NCBI GenBank assembly: GCA_030591525.1
Contig: JAUVAV010000009.1
Location: 16,805 to 80,804, forward strand
Source: a candidate division FCPU426 bacterium
GTDB taxonomy: Bacteria; Oederibacteriota; JAAXVQ01; JAUVAV01
DNA length: 64,000 nucleotides
Direction: 5' to 3'
Shown: one piece after another, positions 36,988 to 48,227 of the stretch
Layout: each line of letters starts with the position of its first letter
Numbering within the stretch: the stretch's first letter is position 1
Made by a program: the position numbers and the translations under genes
Notes under the pieces: model-generated
The model's database searches: none
What the model was told of the DNA's origin: nothing
What the model saw: the letters and a program-made list of their open reading frames with translations, nothing else

Positions 36988-38439
36988 TCAAAATCCCCGA
37001 TTTTTAGATCGGGGGATTTTCATGATTCGGCGAAGGATATCTATATCCTCGGACTGAATCGCCTTCACTAACCAGACCGCGGCCGCATAAACCGACACTC
37101 CGGCGGTTATGGCGAATATGGGATGCAGATTACGCATAAACCAGACCGGCACGAGCATAATGCCGGTTGCCACGATTACCCGTACCAGGTGAATAAACAG
37201 AGGCAACGGAAATAAGCAGCGGCTTACAGCTATGAAGTAAGCCGCTAATAGAAAAGCCTCGGTCAGCACTGCTGCCACGGCCGCGCCCAGATAACCAAAC
37301 TTGGGAATAAGAAAAAGATTTGCTCCCACGCTTACGAGCACGGCCAGTCCGGAAACTAAAGCATTTACTTTTTGACGCTCGCCGGAGATCAAAAGATATG
37401 AGAGCGGATAATTAAGAAAAACAAAACACAGGGCCACTGAAAGCCAGGCCAGGGCATAACCCGAAGCAGTGTAGGCCGGGCCAAAAATCAAAACCATCAG
37501 AGGCCGGGCCAAAATAACCGTTCCGCCGGCCAGGGGAAGACCCAAGAGCAGAAGAATCCGCAGGATTTTCAGCGACGCCCTGGCCAGTTTCCGCCGGTCT
37601 TCCCGAAAAAGTTTTGAAAATCCGGGAAAGGCCGCCGCCACCAGTACTGCTGGAACTACTATCAGCACTTCCACGCACTTGTGCGCGGCTCCGTACCAGC
37701 CGAGTTCTTCGGCCGGCCGGAGTTTTGCAAGAATTATCATATCAATGCGGAAATATAGGTTTACAAACAGGGTAGTCAGGGTCAAGGGCAAGGCCTGGCG
37801 CCAGATGTATTTGAGAAAGCCGATATCCGGTTTCCAGTTCCCTTTAATAAACCCGCCGCGGATAAGAATTCCCAGCGCCACGGCCAGGCCGCACCCGCCG
37901 GCTGCTACATAGGCCCCGGCCACGCCGAACAAGCCCCAGCCCAGGCCCAAGGCCAACAGCCCGAACGCCAGCAAGGCAATTTTTTGAAAAATCATGACCG
38001 CCGCCTCAAACTGCATCTGCTGGCGGGCATGAAACACGGTATTGCAAAACTCGGTAAAAGAGTTGAGCAGTACAAAAGCGGTCAGCCAGTAAGCAGCCCG
38101 GCGCATGGCAGGTTCCGGCGTGACAATGCTCAGCCCTACCAGGACTGCCACGCCAAATAAGAGGGCCAATCCGATTTTTACGATTAAAAAGTTATAAAAA
38201 ATATGCGGCAGGCGCTCCGGTTCCCGCGCCGCATCCCGGATCAGGAGAGGATTTAAACCGAAATCAATCACTACCACAAACAGCAGGGCGAAAGAGTAAG
38301 CAAAATTCAAAACCCCGAAGTCATGGCCGCCCAGCGTACGCGCCACCAGCACAATGAAAGCAAAGGAAAGCAGACGGATGAAAATCTCTCCCAGCCCTTT
38401 AAAAAAGGCATTACGGGCAAAGGCCTGCGCCAGGTTCAT
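36988..38439 (-). CDS. Wzx-type oligosaccharide flippase (MOP superfamily)
   Basis: About 12 TM segments of polysaccharide-biosynthesis-protein type; start at the internal ATG forming an ATGA overlap. Confidence 0.7.
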   Translation of the reverse strand: MNLAQAFARNAFFKGLGEIFIRLLSFAFIVLVARTLGGHDFGVLNFAYSFALLFVVVIDFGLNPLLIRDAAREPERLPHIFYNFLIVKIGLALLFGVAVLVGLSIVTPEPAMRRAAYWLTAFVLLNSFTEFCNTVFHARQQMQFEAAVMIFQKIALLAFGLLALGLGWGLFGVAGAYVAAGGCGLAVALGILIRGGFIKGNWKPDIGFLKYIWRQALPLTLTTLFVNLYFRIDMIILAKLRPAEELGWYGAAHKCVEVLIVVPAVLVAAAFPGFSKLFREDRRKLARASLKILRILLLLGLPLAGGTVILARPLMVLIFGPAYTASGYALAWLSVALCFVFLNYPLSYLLISGERQKVNALVSGLAVLVSVGANLFLIPKFGYLGAAVAAVLTEAFLLAAYFIAVSRCLFPLPLFIHLVRVIVATGIMLVPVWFMRNLHPIFAITAGVSVYAAAVWLVKAIQSEDIDILRRIMKIPRSKNRGF

Positions 38440-39161
38440 GGGCCGCGATGCCGCATGCGAATTCGGAAAAGATCTGTTAACATTCGCAAGGCGTCCCGCA
38501 AGGGCGAGACTTTGGATCCCCGGGCATTGTGCCATTCCACCGGAATCTCGGCGATGCGCCCCCCGGACCGCCGGACCAGGTAAAGCGTCTCTACGTCAAA
38601 TCCGAAACCGTTTATGGTTAGCTTTGGGAAAACGGCCCTGGCGATGGGCCGCTTAAATAACTTGAACCCACATTGGGTATCATGGATTCCCGGCAAAATT
38701 ATTACCTGTACTAACCGGTTGAATATCTTTCCCATTAGTTCCCGGTAAAAAGGCTGGCGGGTTGGCACCCGGGCCCCGGATATGCCCCGGGAGCCAATAG
38801 CCACGTCAGCCCCCTCCTGCACCGCCTTTTCCAGCTGAGCCAGCTCTTGAATAGGCGTGGAAAGATCTGCGTCGGAAAAGAGAATCAGGTCCCCCCGGGC
38901 CGCGGCTATGCCCTGCCGGACCGCAGCGCCCTTGCCGAGGTTGCACCGGCTTTTAAGCACCCGCATACTGCCAAGGACCGGTGTAAAACCGCGCGCAATT
39001 TCCACCGTACGGTCACTACTGCCGTCATCTACGAGTATTATTTCATATTTCCGCGGCAAACCGCTTAAATATTCATCTATAGCTTGCAGGGTTTTGAGAA
39101 GACGCAGTTCTTCATTGTAAGCTGGAATTACGATGGATAGTTTCGGCTGGCTGGTTGACAT
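38436..39161 (-). CDS. GT2 polyprenyl-phosphate glycosyltransferase (DPM1/ArnC-like)
   Basis: KLSIVIPAYNEE ... ILVDDGSSDRT ... DADL motifs. Confidence 0.8.
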   Translation of the reverse strand: MSTSQPKLSIVIPAYNEELRLLKTLQAIDEYLSGLPRKYEIILVDDGSSDRTVEIARGFTPVLGSMRVLKSRCNLGKGAAVRQGIAAARGDLILFSDADLSTPIQELAQLEKAVQEGADVAIGSRGISGARVPTRQPFYRELMGKIFNRLVQVIILPGIHDTQCGFKLFKRPIARAVFPKLTINGFGFDVETLYLVRRSGGRIAEIPVEWHNARGSKVSPLRDALRMLTDLFRIRMRHRGP

Positions 39162-39163
39162 GC

Positions 39164-40561
39164 TTAACCGCCCACCGGGGAATTGCATCGGCCGGTCTGA
39201 ACCGGCGCCCAGCGGGCTATAGCCAATCCCAGACCTATGATTATCCCGAAATGAATGCCGCGGGCAAAAATCGTCAAAACATCAAAATTATTATGAATCA
39301 GGAAAGCTATGCCGCCGGCTATCAAGCCGGAAAGCGCCTGCCGGGGATATCCCCGCGGCAACCGAAAAAAGCCTTTAATTATGGTGGTAAAATAATATGC
39401 TATTAATAGAAGGAAGCTGAACAGCCCCAGTAATCCGGTTTCAACCAGAATCTGAAGATACAGATTATGAATATGCTTATCCATGGCCTGCCAGGCATAA
39501 TAATCCTCATCAAAGTGCTTCCGGATATTCCGTTCGTATTCTCCGGCCCCGAATCCGATCAGAGGATGCTGCCTAAACATTTTCACGGCGGTGGTAAAGC
39601 AAACCTTGCGAAAACTCACGGAATCTTCCTGTTCCGGATGCCCCAGCGAGCTTACGCGCTTTAGCACAGCCTGGCGGGCTTTTTCCAGGGGCCCCTGATT
39701 AAGCAGTATAACCGTACTGGTGATAGCGATTAGCAGCGCGCCGATCCAGAGCAGCTTTTTGGGAACATTCATATATATCAGAACCAACCCTACCAGAAAA
39801 ACTGCCAGCCAGGCGCCGCGGGTAAAGGTAAAAATCAGAGCCGTAATCATTATTACCGCAGCAAAGCCCAGAATAAACCGCTCCCAATATTGGCGGGCTT
39901 CCACAAACTGAATAAAAGCCAGAGGAATAACCAGAATAATATATCCGGCGAATTGATTGGGATGGCCGAAAGTGCTGTAGGCCCGCATAGTAGTTCCGGA
40001 ATAAAGAGTTAAAAGCTCCAGACCGGAATTCATGGCCGAATCCGGTCCAGCCAGGGTTTGAATAATACCTAAAATCGATACCAGGGAGCCCGTAATTATC
40101 AGCGCCAAAATCGCTGCCTTGACATGGCGCTCGGAGCGCAAAGCATTGGCCGCATACCAGACCAGAATAATCAACTGGAGCCAACGCAGGATCTGCTTGC
40201 CGACTGAACTTATTTCATAGGCATTCAGGGCTGATATCAATAAGGCTGCTATAAAGGGTGCCGCTAAAAATAATTCCGGCCGGGAAATCGATGCTCCGGC
40301 TTTTCTTCGCAAAATATGCAGCAACCATCCCGCGAAAATACCGGCCAAAATAAATTCATTGGTGTGGATAGTAATTCCCAGTTCTATGGGAATATCCACA
40401 GGATTAATCAGGACTATAACCATAAGACCATACCAGGGCTTATAAAAAGTAATAATCCCGGCTGCGACCGCCATGACCAAAATGAAAAAAAACAGCACTT
40501 TAATAAGCTCCCTTGCCGAAAAGGACGGTGGGAATAGTTCGCAGGAGAATAACCAGATCAA
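39164..40561 (-). CDS. O-antigen ligase/polymerase-like polytopic membrane protein (TTG start in the ORF track; true start uncertain)
   Basis: About 10-12 TM segments with a large periplasmic loop; Wzy/WaaL-like topology. Confidence 0.55.
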   Translation of the reverse strand: MIWLFSCELFPPSFSARELIKVLFFFILVMAVAAGIITFYKPWYGLMVIVLINPVDIPIELGITIHTNEFILAGIFAGWLLHILRRKAGASISRPELFLAAPFIAALLISALNAYEISSVGKQILRWLQLIILVWYAANALRSERHVKAAILALIITGSLVSILGIIQTLAGPDSAMNSGLELLTLYSGTTMRAYSTFGHPNQFAGYIILVIPLAFIQFVEARQYWERFILGFAAVIMITALIFTFTRGAWLAVFLVGLVLIYMNVPKKLLWIGALLIAITSTVILLNQGPLEKARQAVLKRVSSLGHPEQEDSVSFRKVCFTTAVKMFRQHPLIGFGAGEYERNIRKHFDEDYYAWQAMDKHIHNLYLQILVETGLLGLFSFLLLIAYYFTTIIKGFFRLPRGYPRQALSGLIAGGIAFLIHNNFDVLTIFARGIHFGIIIGLGLAIARWAPVQTGRCNSPVGG

Positions 40562-41876
40562 GTAGCAGCGACTGATTTTTTATATAATATAAATCATATT
40601 TTATGTTCTCTTCCAGGGGTTTATTGGTTCTTCCGGAAACCTGCCATAATCCTGTCAAACCCGGCAGGACCAACAGCCGACAACGGTAAATGGGCTTATA
40701 TTTTTCAACTAGGAACGGCATTTCCGGCCGGGGACCCACCAGGCTCATATCACCTTTAATAACATTGATTAATTGGGGCAATTCATCCAGGCTGGTGCGG
40801 CGCAGAAAAGCGCCGACCTTGGTAATGCGCGGATCGCCTTTGCCACGCGGGGTTTTAGCATATTGGGGTGCATCCACACGCATAGAGCGGAACTTGTATA
40901 TAAGAAACTTGCGGCCATGATATCCTACCCTTTCCTGACGGAAAAATATCGACCCTGGTGAACTCAGCGTGATGGCCAACATAATCAAGAGCCAGAGCGG
41001 AGAAGTTATGAACAAAATGCTCAGCGAGACCACTTCGTCAATAAATCTCTTTAATACTTTATAACCACCGCTGGTCTGCCCCTCATCCAGGCTATTCACG
41101 AGCCCTTCCAGACCTTCGCCGGATGGAGCTTTAAATCCTGCCAGATCAAAAGCTTCTGTGATATTCCTGTGAGGAATCCGGTACTCATTAAATAATTCAT
41201 GCACTTCCATAATGTGGTGGTAATTCTTGACCGTATCCGAAATAATCACGCTCTCAATTTCTCCGCGCTGGTAGCGCGATAATATTTCGTGATCGATTTT
41301 TTTTCGCAAGTTATCCGAGCGCGGAGAAACATCTCTCGGCAATATCACCTTGGCCGCCACATAATATCCCAGCTGGGGATATTGCTTAAGCAACTGCCCC
41401 ACCGCCCGGACTTTTTTATCAGATCCCACGACAGCTACGCGCAGCCGGTTCCAGCCTCGCGCCCGCAACTGCTTGAGAATAGTATAGTAAACAAATCGAA
41501 CCACAATCAGGAGTATTAGGGCCGTACTCCAGAAAATAAAAACCAGTACACGTGACTGTTCATACAGTTTAAGAAAAAATGTTAAAGCCAGCGCTATTAG
41601 AAAAGCATAAGTAAGCGCTTTAATAATATTGGCATACTCCTCAATCATGGAGAGATCGCGAATGTCGCGATAAAGTCCCTGTTTATAAAACATCAGCACA
41701 ATAATGCCAATCAGCGCCATAAGCGGCAATACATATTCATTGATAGGCTGAACCTGAACAAATATCTCAAACCGGGTTCTGAGATGGTAAGCCGCCAGAA
41801 AAGCGCCTAGCAGTGCACCCACATCACAAAGGGATAGAAGCAGGGCATTAATTATCCTTTTAGAAAGATTAAACAT
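40500..41876 (-). CDS. Second WbaP-like polyprenyl-phosphate sugar-phosphate transferase
   Basis: [24 protein letters not shown] sugar-transferase domain plus N-term TM segments. Confidence 0.85.
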   Translation of the reverse strand: MFNLSKRIINALLLSLCDVGALLGAFLAAYHLRTRFEIFVQVQPINEYVLPLMALIGIIVLMFYKQGLYRDIRDLSMIEEYANIIKALTYAFLIALALTFFLKLYEQSRVLVFIFWSTALILLIVVRFVYYTILKQLRARGWNRLRVAVVGSDKKVRAVGQLLKQYPQLGYYVAAKVILPRDVSPRSDNLRKKIDHEILSRYQRGEIESVIISDTVKNYHHIMEVHELFNEYRIPHRNITEAFDLAGFKAPSGEGLEGLVNSLDEGQTSGGYKVLKRFIDEVVSLSILFITSPLWLLIMLAITLSSPGSIFFRQERVGYHGRKFLIYKFRSMRVDAPQYAKTPRGKGDPRITKVGAFLRRTSLDELPQLINVIKGDMSLVGPRPEMPFLVEKYKPIYRCRLLVLPGLTGLWQVSGRTNKPLEENIKYDLYYIKNQSLLLDLVILLRTIPTVLFGKGAY

Positions 41877-41888
41877 ACGCTTAGTCCT

Positions 41889-43070
41889 TTACTTTTTTCC
41901 TGCTCCTGCCATAACCTTGGCATAGAATTTTTCCAGCCCGGCGGCTAAATATTCCCAGGAATACCGCTGCTCAGCCGCTGCTCTGGCCGCCTGCCCCATC
42001 TTCCTGCAGCTTTCAGTATCCTGCAATAGTTCCCAGGCAGCCTCCGCAAAATCTTCAGTGGTATCACGAGCCAGCCGGCCGATCGGCTCCTGGTTAAACA
42101 AATGTTCCATTTCTCCCACGGGCGAAGATACCATGGGACGTCCCATGGCCATGTAATCGCCTACTTTATTAGGCCAGCGGCCGATATTGGCCTGCTTACG
42201 CGCAAACGGAAGCAGAAAAATATCTGCGCAACCCATATAATCAGGAATTTTTTCATAAGGAACAATCCCATATTCCAATATTCCCGCCTCAGTTCCTTCT
42301 TCGCGGGCAATACGCCTGGTCATGGGTGAAGATTTGCCCAGCAATATCAAACGGGCATTTTTATTTTTGCGATAGATTAAGCCGAAAGCTCTTAGTACCA
42401 GTTCAAGATCATAATGGACAAAACCCATAAAAGCCACAATTTTCGCTGCTTGCGGGAGACCGAGCGCCTCCCGGGCTGTCTTTATATCACGCGGTGTAAA
42501 ATTTTCCACATCCGCGCCGCCGGTTATTTTCTTAATAGTTTCCGGTTTAACGCCCAAAGCAACCGCTCTTTCCTGCAAGGCGGAAGAAATAACCGTGGTT
42601 CCATCCGCGCAGGTCCGGAAATGTTCCTCATACCAGGTTTCTATCGCGCCCAATAATATTTTAATCAACGGGTTGGAACGTTCCTCAATGGCTCCGCCCC
42701 GGCCCCACCAATCCGCCCAATCCATAACCAAAGGAACATCTCTACGTTTGATTGTCAAGGCCGGATGAATTACTATTGGCCGGGAATCAAAAGCATGGAC
42801 TAAATCATATTTTTCGTTCCGAACTCTTCGCCAGCGGTGCCATAGGTCCCACGGGTCCCATCCCGAACGCCCGATTCCCCAGAATAAATCCGGAAATTGA
42901 ACCACCTGCACGCCTTGCAGGTTGATTTGCTCAATTCCCCAACGCCGGGTGGGGTGAATCGTATAAATCGTCACTTGATGTCCTCGTCGCACCAAATACC
43001 GCCCCAGATGATAGCAACGGTAAAAAGTAGAACGCCAGATAACATTATGATTTAAAAATAATAATCGCAT
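41889..43070 (-). CDS. GT4 glycosyltransferase
   Basis: GT-B fold. Confidence 0.7.
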   Translation of the reverse strand: MRLLFLNHNVIWRSTFYRCYHLGRYLVRRGHQVTIYTIHPTRRWGIEQINLQGVQVVQFPDLFWGIGRSGWDPWDLWHRWRRVRNEKYDLVHAFDSRPIVIHPALTIKRRDVPLVMDWADWWGRGGAIEERSNPLIKILLGAIETWYEEHFRTCADGTTVISSALQERAVALGVKPETIKKITGGADVENFTPRDIKTAREALGLPQAAKIVAFMGFVHYDLELVLRAFGLIYRKNKNARLILLGKSSPMTRRIAREEGTEAGILEYGIVPYEKIPDYMGCADIFLLPFARKQANIGRWPNKVGDYMAMGRPMVSSPVGEMEHLFNQEPIGRLARDTTEDFAEAAWELLQDTESCRKMGQAARAAAEQRYSWEYLAAGLEKFYAKVMAGAGKK

Positions 43071-43094
43071 GGCAAATAATTCACCCTCTTGCTT

Positions 43095-43835
43095 TTATAC
43101 CCGGCCGCCAAGCGAGGCACCAACGTAAAACAGGGATTGCCCTAAACACGGCTTAATCCATTGTTCCAGGCCGGCGGCCAGTGGCACCAGCCGGTCAAAC
43201 AATTTCACCTGGTCGCTGGAAAAATACCGGCTTTTCATGATACGGTTATGCCACCACCATCCCGGCACTCCTAATATATTCACATAATGAAGTTTCTCCC
43301 GGCTAAAACCGGCTTGGCCCGTGATTTTCTCAACTTCTTTTATGCCATACCTCCTGAAATGATGCAACTCTCTATCCAGGGAACCATACATCCATGATAA
43401 AGCGGGAACATACAATAGCAGCTTTCCGCCGGCTGCCAGCAGGCTGCCCATCCGTTGTAAAGCGGCAATGTCATTTTTAATATGCTCCAGAACGTTAATG
43501 CAAATTATTGTATCCGGATTGAATCCTTTCACTTTCTCAGGCACAGCTTCATTTAGATCCCATACCGTAGTATCTAATTTCTTTTGTTCCGGCCATTGCT
43601 TCCTAATTACGCCCAGGCGTTGCGGCTCCATATCCGTTGCCAAAACCCGCCGGTCGTGCTCTAAGAAAAACCCGGTCATATTTCCAATCCCGCTTCCAAT
43701 CTCAAGCACTCTGGCGCCCAGGTGGGGAGCGCACAGTTTGTAAATCCACTGATTATAGTTTCGCGCTTCGGTTAGTTTCCCCAAAGTGTCAAGCGGCATT
43801 TTTTGCGGATTCATGTTTACTGCTTTCCATTCCAT
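43095..43835 (-). CDS. Class I SAM-dependent methyltransferase
   Basis: VLEIGSGIGNMT motif I. Confidence 0.75.
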   Translation of the reverse strand: MEWKAVNMNPQKMPLDTLGKLTEARNYNQWIYKLCAPHLGARVLEIGSGIGNMTGFFLEHDRRVLATDMEPQRLGVIRKQWPEQKKLDTTVWDLNEAVPEKVKGFNPDTIICINVLEHIKNDIAALQRMGSLLAAGGKLLLYVPALSWMYGSLDRELHHFRRYGIKEVEKITGQAGFSREKLHYVNILGVPGWWWHNRIMKSRYFSSDQVKLFDRLVPLAAGLEQWIKPCLGQSLFYVGASLGGRV

Positions 43836-43885
43836 TACGCGGATTATCGTTACGCTATCCTGAGTAATCTCATTTTAAAGTTTTG

Positions 43886-44068
43886 CTCAACTTTTGCAAA
43901 TTTATATTTTCGCAGTATTTCTTTGTCGTCATTCCGGCATGCTTGAAGCCGGAATCCAGGAATAGGCTTTTTCAAAAGCTTTTTCTGGGCCCCGGCTTTC
44001 GCCGGGGTGACGAATAAAACAATAAACTTTAAAAATTACAAAGAATTGTGAAATTTGCAAAAGTTGAG
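43886..44068. repeat. ~185-bp MITE-like imperfect palindrome at the GC-content boundary
   Basis: 18-bp arms ctcaacttttgcaaattt / aaatttgcaaaagttgag plus extended imperfect arms (tcgtcattccggc / gccggggtgacga). Confidence 0.5.
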
Positions 44069-44135
44069 GTTTTATCAGTATTTCTGTATAACAATAGTAC
44101 TTTAATTTAAAACCCTCGTAAAATATCAGAAATAC

Positions 44136-44828
44136 TCATCCTCCAATACCATATTTAAAAATGCAGTATAAGGCCCGGACAGCATCCTTAAAACCGATTT
44201 TTTTACCTTCCTGATAGGCTCTGCCGTGATATGAAATACCAACTTCAAAAAAACGCGCTTGTTTTTTGGCCAGCTTAATGGTTATCTCCGGTTCAAAGCC
44301 AAAACGGTTTTCCTTCAATTCAATTCCCTGTAAAATTTCCCGGCGAAATACCTTATAACATGTTTCCATATCACTAAGATTTAAATTCGTAACCATATTA
44401 CTCAACGTCGTCAATATTTTATTCATAACCGAATGCCAGTAAAAAAGCACACGCCGTGACTTACTGGTTAAAAACCTACTGCCGTAAACCACATCCGCCT
44501 CGCCCATAACTATGGGGTCCAACAAATCCGGGTAATCCCCGGGATCATACTCCAGATCCGCATCTTGAATAACTATTACTTCATTACGCGCGTATTTAAA
44601 TCCTTCCCGCAGAGCCGCGCCTTTTCCGCGGTTGCTTTCAAATCGTATATATTTCAAATCCGGGCCGCCTTGCGATTTCAACAACTCCTTTGTTTCATCA
44701 GTCGAAGCATCATCTACTACTACAATTTCTTTTTCCATCGGTACCGCCCGTACCCGGCGCAATATCTCAGCAATGGTTCTTTCTTCATTGTATACGGGAA
44801 TAATTACTGATATCTTTGGATAATTCAT
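44136..44828 (-). CDS. GT2 glycosyltransferase (DPM1-like)
   Basis: ISVIIPVYNEE ... VVVDDASTDET ... QDADLEYDP. Confidence 0.8.
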   Translation of the reverse strand: MNYPKISVIIPVYNEERTIAEILRRVRAVPMEKEIVVVDDASTDETKELLKSQGGPDLKYIRFESNRGKGAALREGFKYARNEVIVIQDADLEYDPGDYPDLLDPIVMGEADVVYGSRFLTSKSRRVLFYWHSVMNKILTTLSNMVTNLNLSDMETCYKVFRREILQGIELKENRFGFEPEITIKLAKKQARFFEVGISYHGRAYQEGKKIGFKDAVRALYCIFKYGIGG

Positions 44829-44960
44829 TTTCTCTCCTATTATTTTCCTGGAGTGCTTATGATAATATATTTCAGCCTGTCAAACACAATGCCTGGTTAG
44901 AATCAATATTCCCTAAGTTATCCCCAAAATCCCTAGTTCCTTATACCAGGTTTAATTTTT

Positions 44961-46874
44961 TTACTGCTTAATATATATGCTAACCGGGGCAACTGCCCAC
45001 TCCCGGGCATATGTCTTCCCTTGGCAAGTTATTTGCTGTTCGTCCGTTTTGAGCAAAGCAATAATGGCGCCCGGTTCAAACTTATCAAAAGTCGTTTGCG
45101 ATTTTTTAACTTTCGAGACATTATCAACATTAATATGCTCAATCCGGACATTTTGTTTATCACCGCTGGATAATAGCGGCCAAAATGGATATTCCCAACT
45201 ATCCTCGCCTGATATAAATCCAATATTCAAACACCCCTGGGCTTCAAGATATTGGACAGCCTTAAAGTAAGGTTCCCTTTTTAATTCGTGGGAACTAAAA
45301 TATTGTTCAGCCCTAGTCTTGCCAAATATCGTCTGCTTACCGATCAGACTGCGCGTCTGGTTATAAAATATCCAGGGCTGGGCCGCGGCCAAAAGAAAAA
45401 TAGCTATGATAATAACCATCTTTTTATTCAGCGTTTTTGACAATATGATTGCAATAAACGGCGACCACAACACAAAAAGCGGAAGATGAAGCCGGCTATG
45501 CCAGGGCTGCCATTTCAAATACATGCAAAACAAGCAAAACATTCCAGTAATCGCCCCGGCATATTTCAGCAGCTCGCAATTTTCTTGCGGTAATTTCACG
45601 TACATACGTAAAAATAGTCCCAGCGCAATAAAAATCAGGACTAGATGAATTAAATTACCGGCTAAATCTTCGTGATATATATGATCAGAATATATTGCAA
45701 ATCCGGTTTTCGGCCAGGTTCTTTTGGAATCATCCAACTTTACTCCCATTTTATTATGTGTCCACCCAAGTGCTTTGGTTACAGATTCGCTTATCCGCTG
45801 ACTTGACGTGTGGACATGCAAAGCCAGGTTACGCATAATATTGGAAGCCACTGATTTAGCAGTAAAAACCTCATTTGAATATCGCGATCCAACTTTACCC
45901 CCAATCGGTTTTTTAAACACTTCATAATTTCGCGCATACTGTCCCAAATTAAGCGCAAGGATAATCATAATTAACCCCAGTGCCGGCTGCCATAGTTTCC
46001 AGCGCAGTTTTTTCCACCCCAAAAATCCCAGCCATATCAACAAAGGAAAGGCATATATATACGCTGTGCCTTTGGTTAATATTGCCAAACCGAGACTAAC
46101 CCCTGCGCCCACCACATTTCCCCACCTGAACTCACACCGCAAACGCAAAAGATAATAGACATGAGCAACCAGCCAAAATGACAGCACGTAATCGTTTTGC
46201 GTACTGGAGGCTTGCAGAATCCCCATCGGAATTGTCCCGGCAATAACCGCCGCACTTAACTGTCCATACCTGTTTGCACCGAGTTCTTTTGCAATCAGCG
46301 AAACCCCAACCAGACTCCCTATCATGCTAAACCATTGCACACAATTCGCAAAATAATCCCCACCGCTTAGTATCTGGAAATGCATAATAGCATACTCAGC
46401 CCAAGGGGGTTGGTAAAGTTGGCGCAAAATATGCGTAGGATAATGTGCCACGCTTTGATTTTGAATCCAATGCATGACACGAGCCATGTGGTAAGTCATA
46501 GCATCCCAATTATTCGGCGGCGCTTGTAACGCAATAATACCGGTGATGGATATCACCAACGCTATTCCGCAAAGTAAAATAACCGAGGATATATTTAAGT
46601 TGGGCAGACTAAAATTAATCTTCGGGAATATTTTGAATTTCCGTTTAAAAGATATCCCCAAAAGGATAATCAAGGATAATCCCCAGCATCCTATCAGCCC
46701 GGCAAAAGTAATCATTTTGAAAAGGCTTAATAATTCGTTCATTAAGGTTAATAAAACAGCCCAAACCATAGCAGCCGGCAATATTGCCTTACGCCAATCA
46801 TTTTCCCGGCAATAAAAGACAATAAAAATAAGCAGCCATGCAAATAAAGGAACTCCTAAAATATACCGGCTCAT
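44961..46874 (-). CDS. Large polytopic membrane protein, putative polysaccharide polymerase or membrane glycosyltransferase
   Basis: More than 12 TM segments; no soluble catalytic domain recognised. Confidence 0.4.
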   Translation of the reverse strand: MSRYILGVPLFAWLLIFIVFYCRENDWRKAILPAAMVWAVLLTLMNELLSLFKMITFAGLIGCWGLSLIILLGISFKRKFKIFPKINFSLPNLNISSVILLCGIALVISITGIIALQAPPNNWDAMTYHMARVMHWIQNQSVAHYPTHILRQLYQPPWAEYAIMHFQILSGGDYFANCVQWFSMIGSLVGVSLIAKELGANRYGQLSAAVIAGTIPMGILQASSTQNDYVLSFWLVAHVYYLLRLRCEFRWGNVVGAGVSLGLAILTKGTAYIYAFPLLIWLGFLGWKKLRWKLWQPALGLIMIILALNLGQYARNYEVFKKPIGGKVGSRYSNEVFTAKSVASNIMRNLALHVHTSSQRISESVTKALGWTHNKMGVKLDDSKRTWPKTGFAIYSDHIYHEDLAGNLIHLVLIFIALGLFLRMYVKLPQENCELLKYAGAITGMFCLFCMYLKWQPWHSRLHLPLFVLWSPFIAIILSKTLNKKMVIIIAIFLLAAAQPWIFYNQTRSLIGKQTIFGKTRAEQYFSSHELKREPYFKAVQYLEAQGCLNIGFISGEDSWEYPFWPLLSSGDKQNVRIEHINVDNVSKVKKSQTTFDKFEPGAIIALLKTDEQQITCQGKTYAREWAVAPVSIYIKQ

Positions 46875-46962
46875 TTTTTATCGTCCTTTGCAGTAATTAC
46901 AAATCATCAAAATGAAGTTTATCCCATCAACCAGCAACAAGCTATTTATCTCCTGTTTTTAA

Positions 46963-48156
46963 TTAATTTATCCGGCAATTGCAGGATTTTATTAGGTTAA
47001 AATAAATACTCCTTTGTAGATTGGCAATCCGTCCCCAATTGAATTGCTTTTTTACTTTTTCGTGGCCGCGCCTGCCCATTGCTGCCGCATGCTCAGGTTG
47101 GGATAATAATTTTATTATCGTATTGGCTAACTCTCCAGAAGATTCGCTCACCAATTCTCCATCTTGTCCGGCTTGAATCAATTCTGCGACTGCTGGGATA
47201 TCAGCCCCAATAACCGGCTTGCCCTGCATCCAGGCCTCGGTATACACTCCGCCAAAGCTTTCCTGCCTGGAAGGCAAGCAAAAGACCGTGCAATCTGCCA
47301 GGGCCGCTATCTTTTCTTCCTCGCTCACCCGGTCTTTTTCTATTATTCTAGAATCATTGTATTTTTTAAATTTCCTCTTGGAATACGCCGTTCTTGGTCC
47401 CAGGTAAGCAAACCGTGTATCCGGCCGGTCTTTCCAAATCAAAGGCATGCTTTTCAATAATTGCCCCAGACCTTTATACGCATATTTTTGCCCCAGGAAG
47501 AGCACTACCGGCCCTCCGGAACCAAAATAACCGGTTCGGGGCTTTATGTCCGAAAGCGCCGGAGCGTGTCCAATAACATGTATCCGCTGGGAAGCGACGC
47601 CCAATTTAGTCAATATTCTTTTCTCGGCCTGGGTTAAAGCCATTACCGCATCCGCTTGTAAGTAAAGTTTTAAATACCATCGGTAGCGAAATCCTGTCCA
47701 CCGCGGATGATGAAAAGGGGTAAGTACAAAAGGCACTTTACGTTGGCGAGCCAAGTGAAGCGCCGCCCAGGCTAAAAATTCACGGCCGATACGCCCGGCA
47801 TGCACCAAATCTATCGGCCCCACCGACATATCCATTTTTTTATAAAGCGCTTCTGAAATTTTTCGCACGGAATTTCCCATGGTCATATAATATGACCAAG
47901 TCCAATACGGCAGAGCTCTTTGCTCCTTGGGGGTCAGATTTATTTGCTTAATTTTAATGTTGTCATACTCATACTCACTATCTGAGGGAGCATTTATAGT
48001 TACGCCCCGCAGCCAATCAGTTCTATTTTCCTTCCAATGACATACAACTTGCACTGCATGACGCTGATTATTAATTCTTTTGGCAAGCTCATGGAAATGG
48101 GTTTGGGCACCTCCCGTAGAGGGTGGGTAAGCGGTTATGGCGTATAGTATTTTCAT
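46963..48156 (-). CDS. GT4 glycosyltransferase
   Basis: GT-B fold. Confidence 0.7.
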   Translation of the reverse strand: MKILYAITAYPPSTGGAQTHFHELAKRINNQRHAVQVVCHWKENRTDWLRGVTINAPSDSEYEYDNIKIKQINLTPKEQRALPYWTWSYYMTMGNSVRKISEALYKKMDMSVGPIDLVHAGRIGREFLAWAALHLARQRKVPFVLTPFHHPRWTGFRYRWYLKLYLQADAVMALTQAEKRILTKLGVASQRIHVIGHAPALSDIKPRTGYFGSGGPVVLFLGQKYAYKGLGQLLKSMPLIWKDRPDTRFAYLGPRTAYSKRKFKKYNDSRIIEKDRVSEEEKIAALADCTVFCLPSRQESFGGVYTEAWMQGKPVIGADIPAVAELIQAGQDGELVSESSGELANTIIKLLSQPEHAAAMGRRGHEKVKKQFNWGRIANLQRSIYFNLIKSCNCRIN

Positions 48157-48227
48157 GCTTTTCTTTCCTTTTGGTTTACATTTCTAATCAAACCAAGCAT
48201 TCCAGCTGTATCCTTTTTAATACGTCA

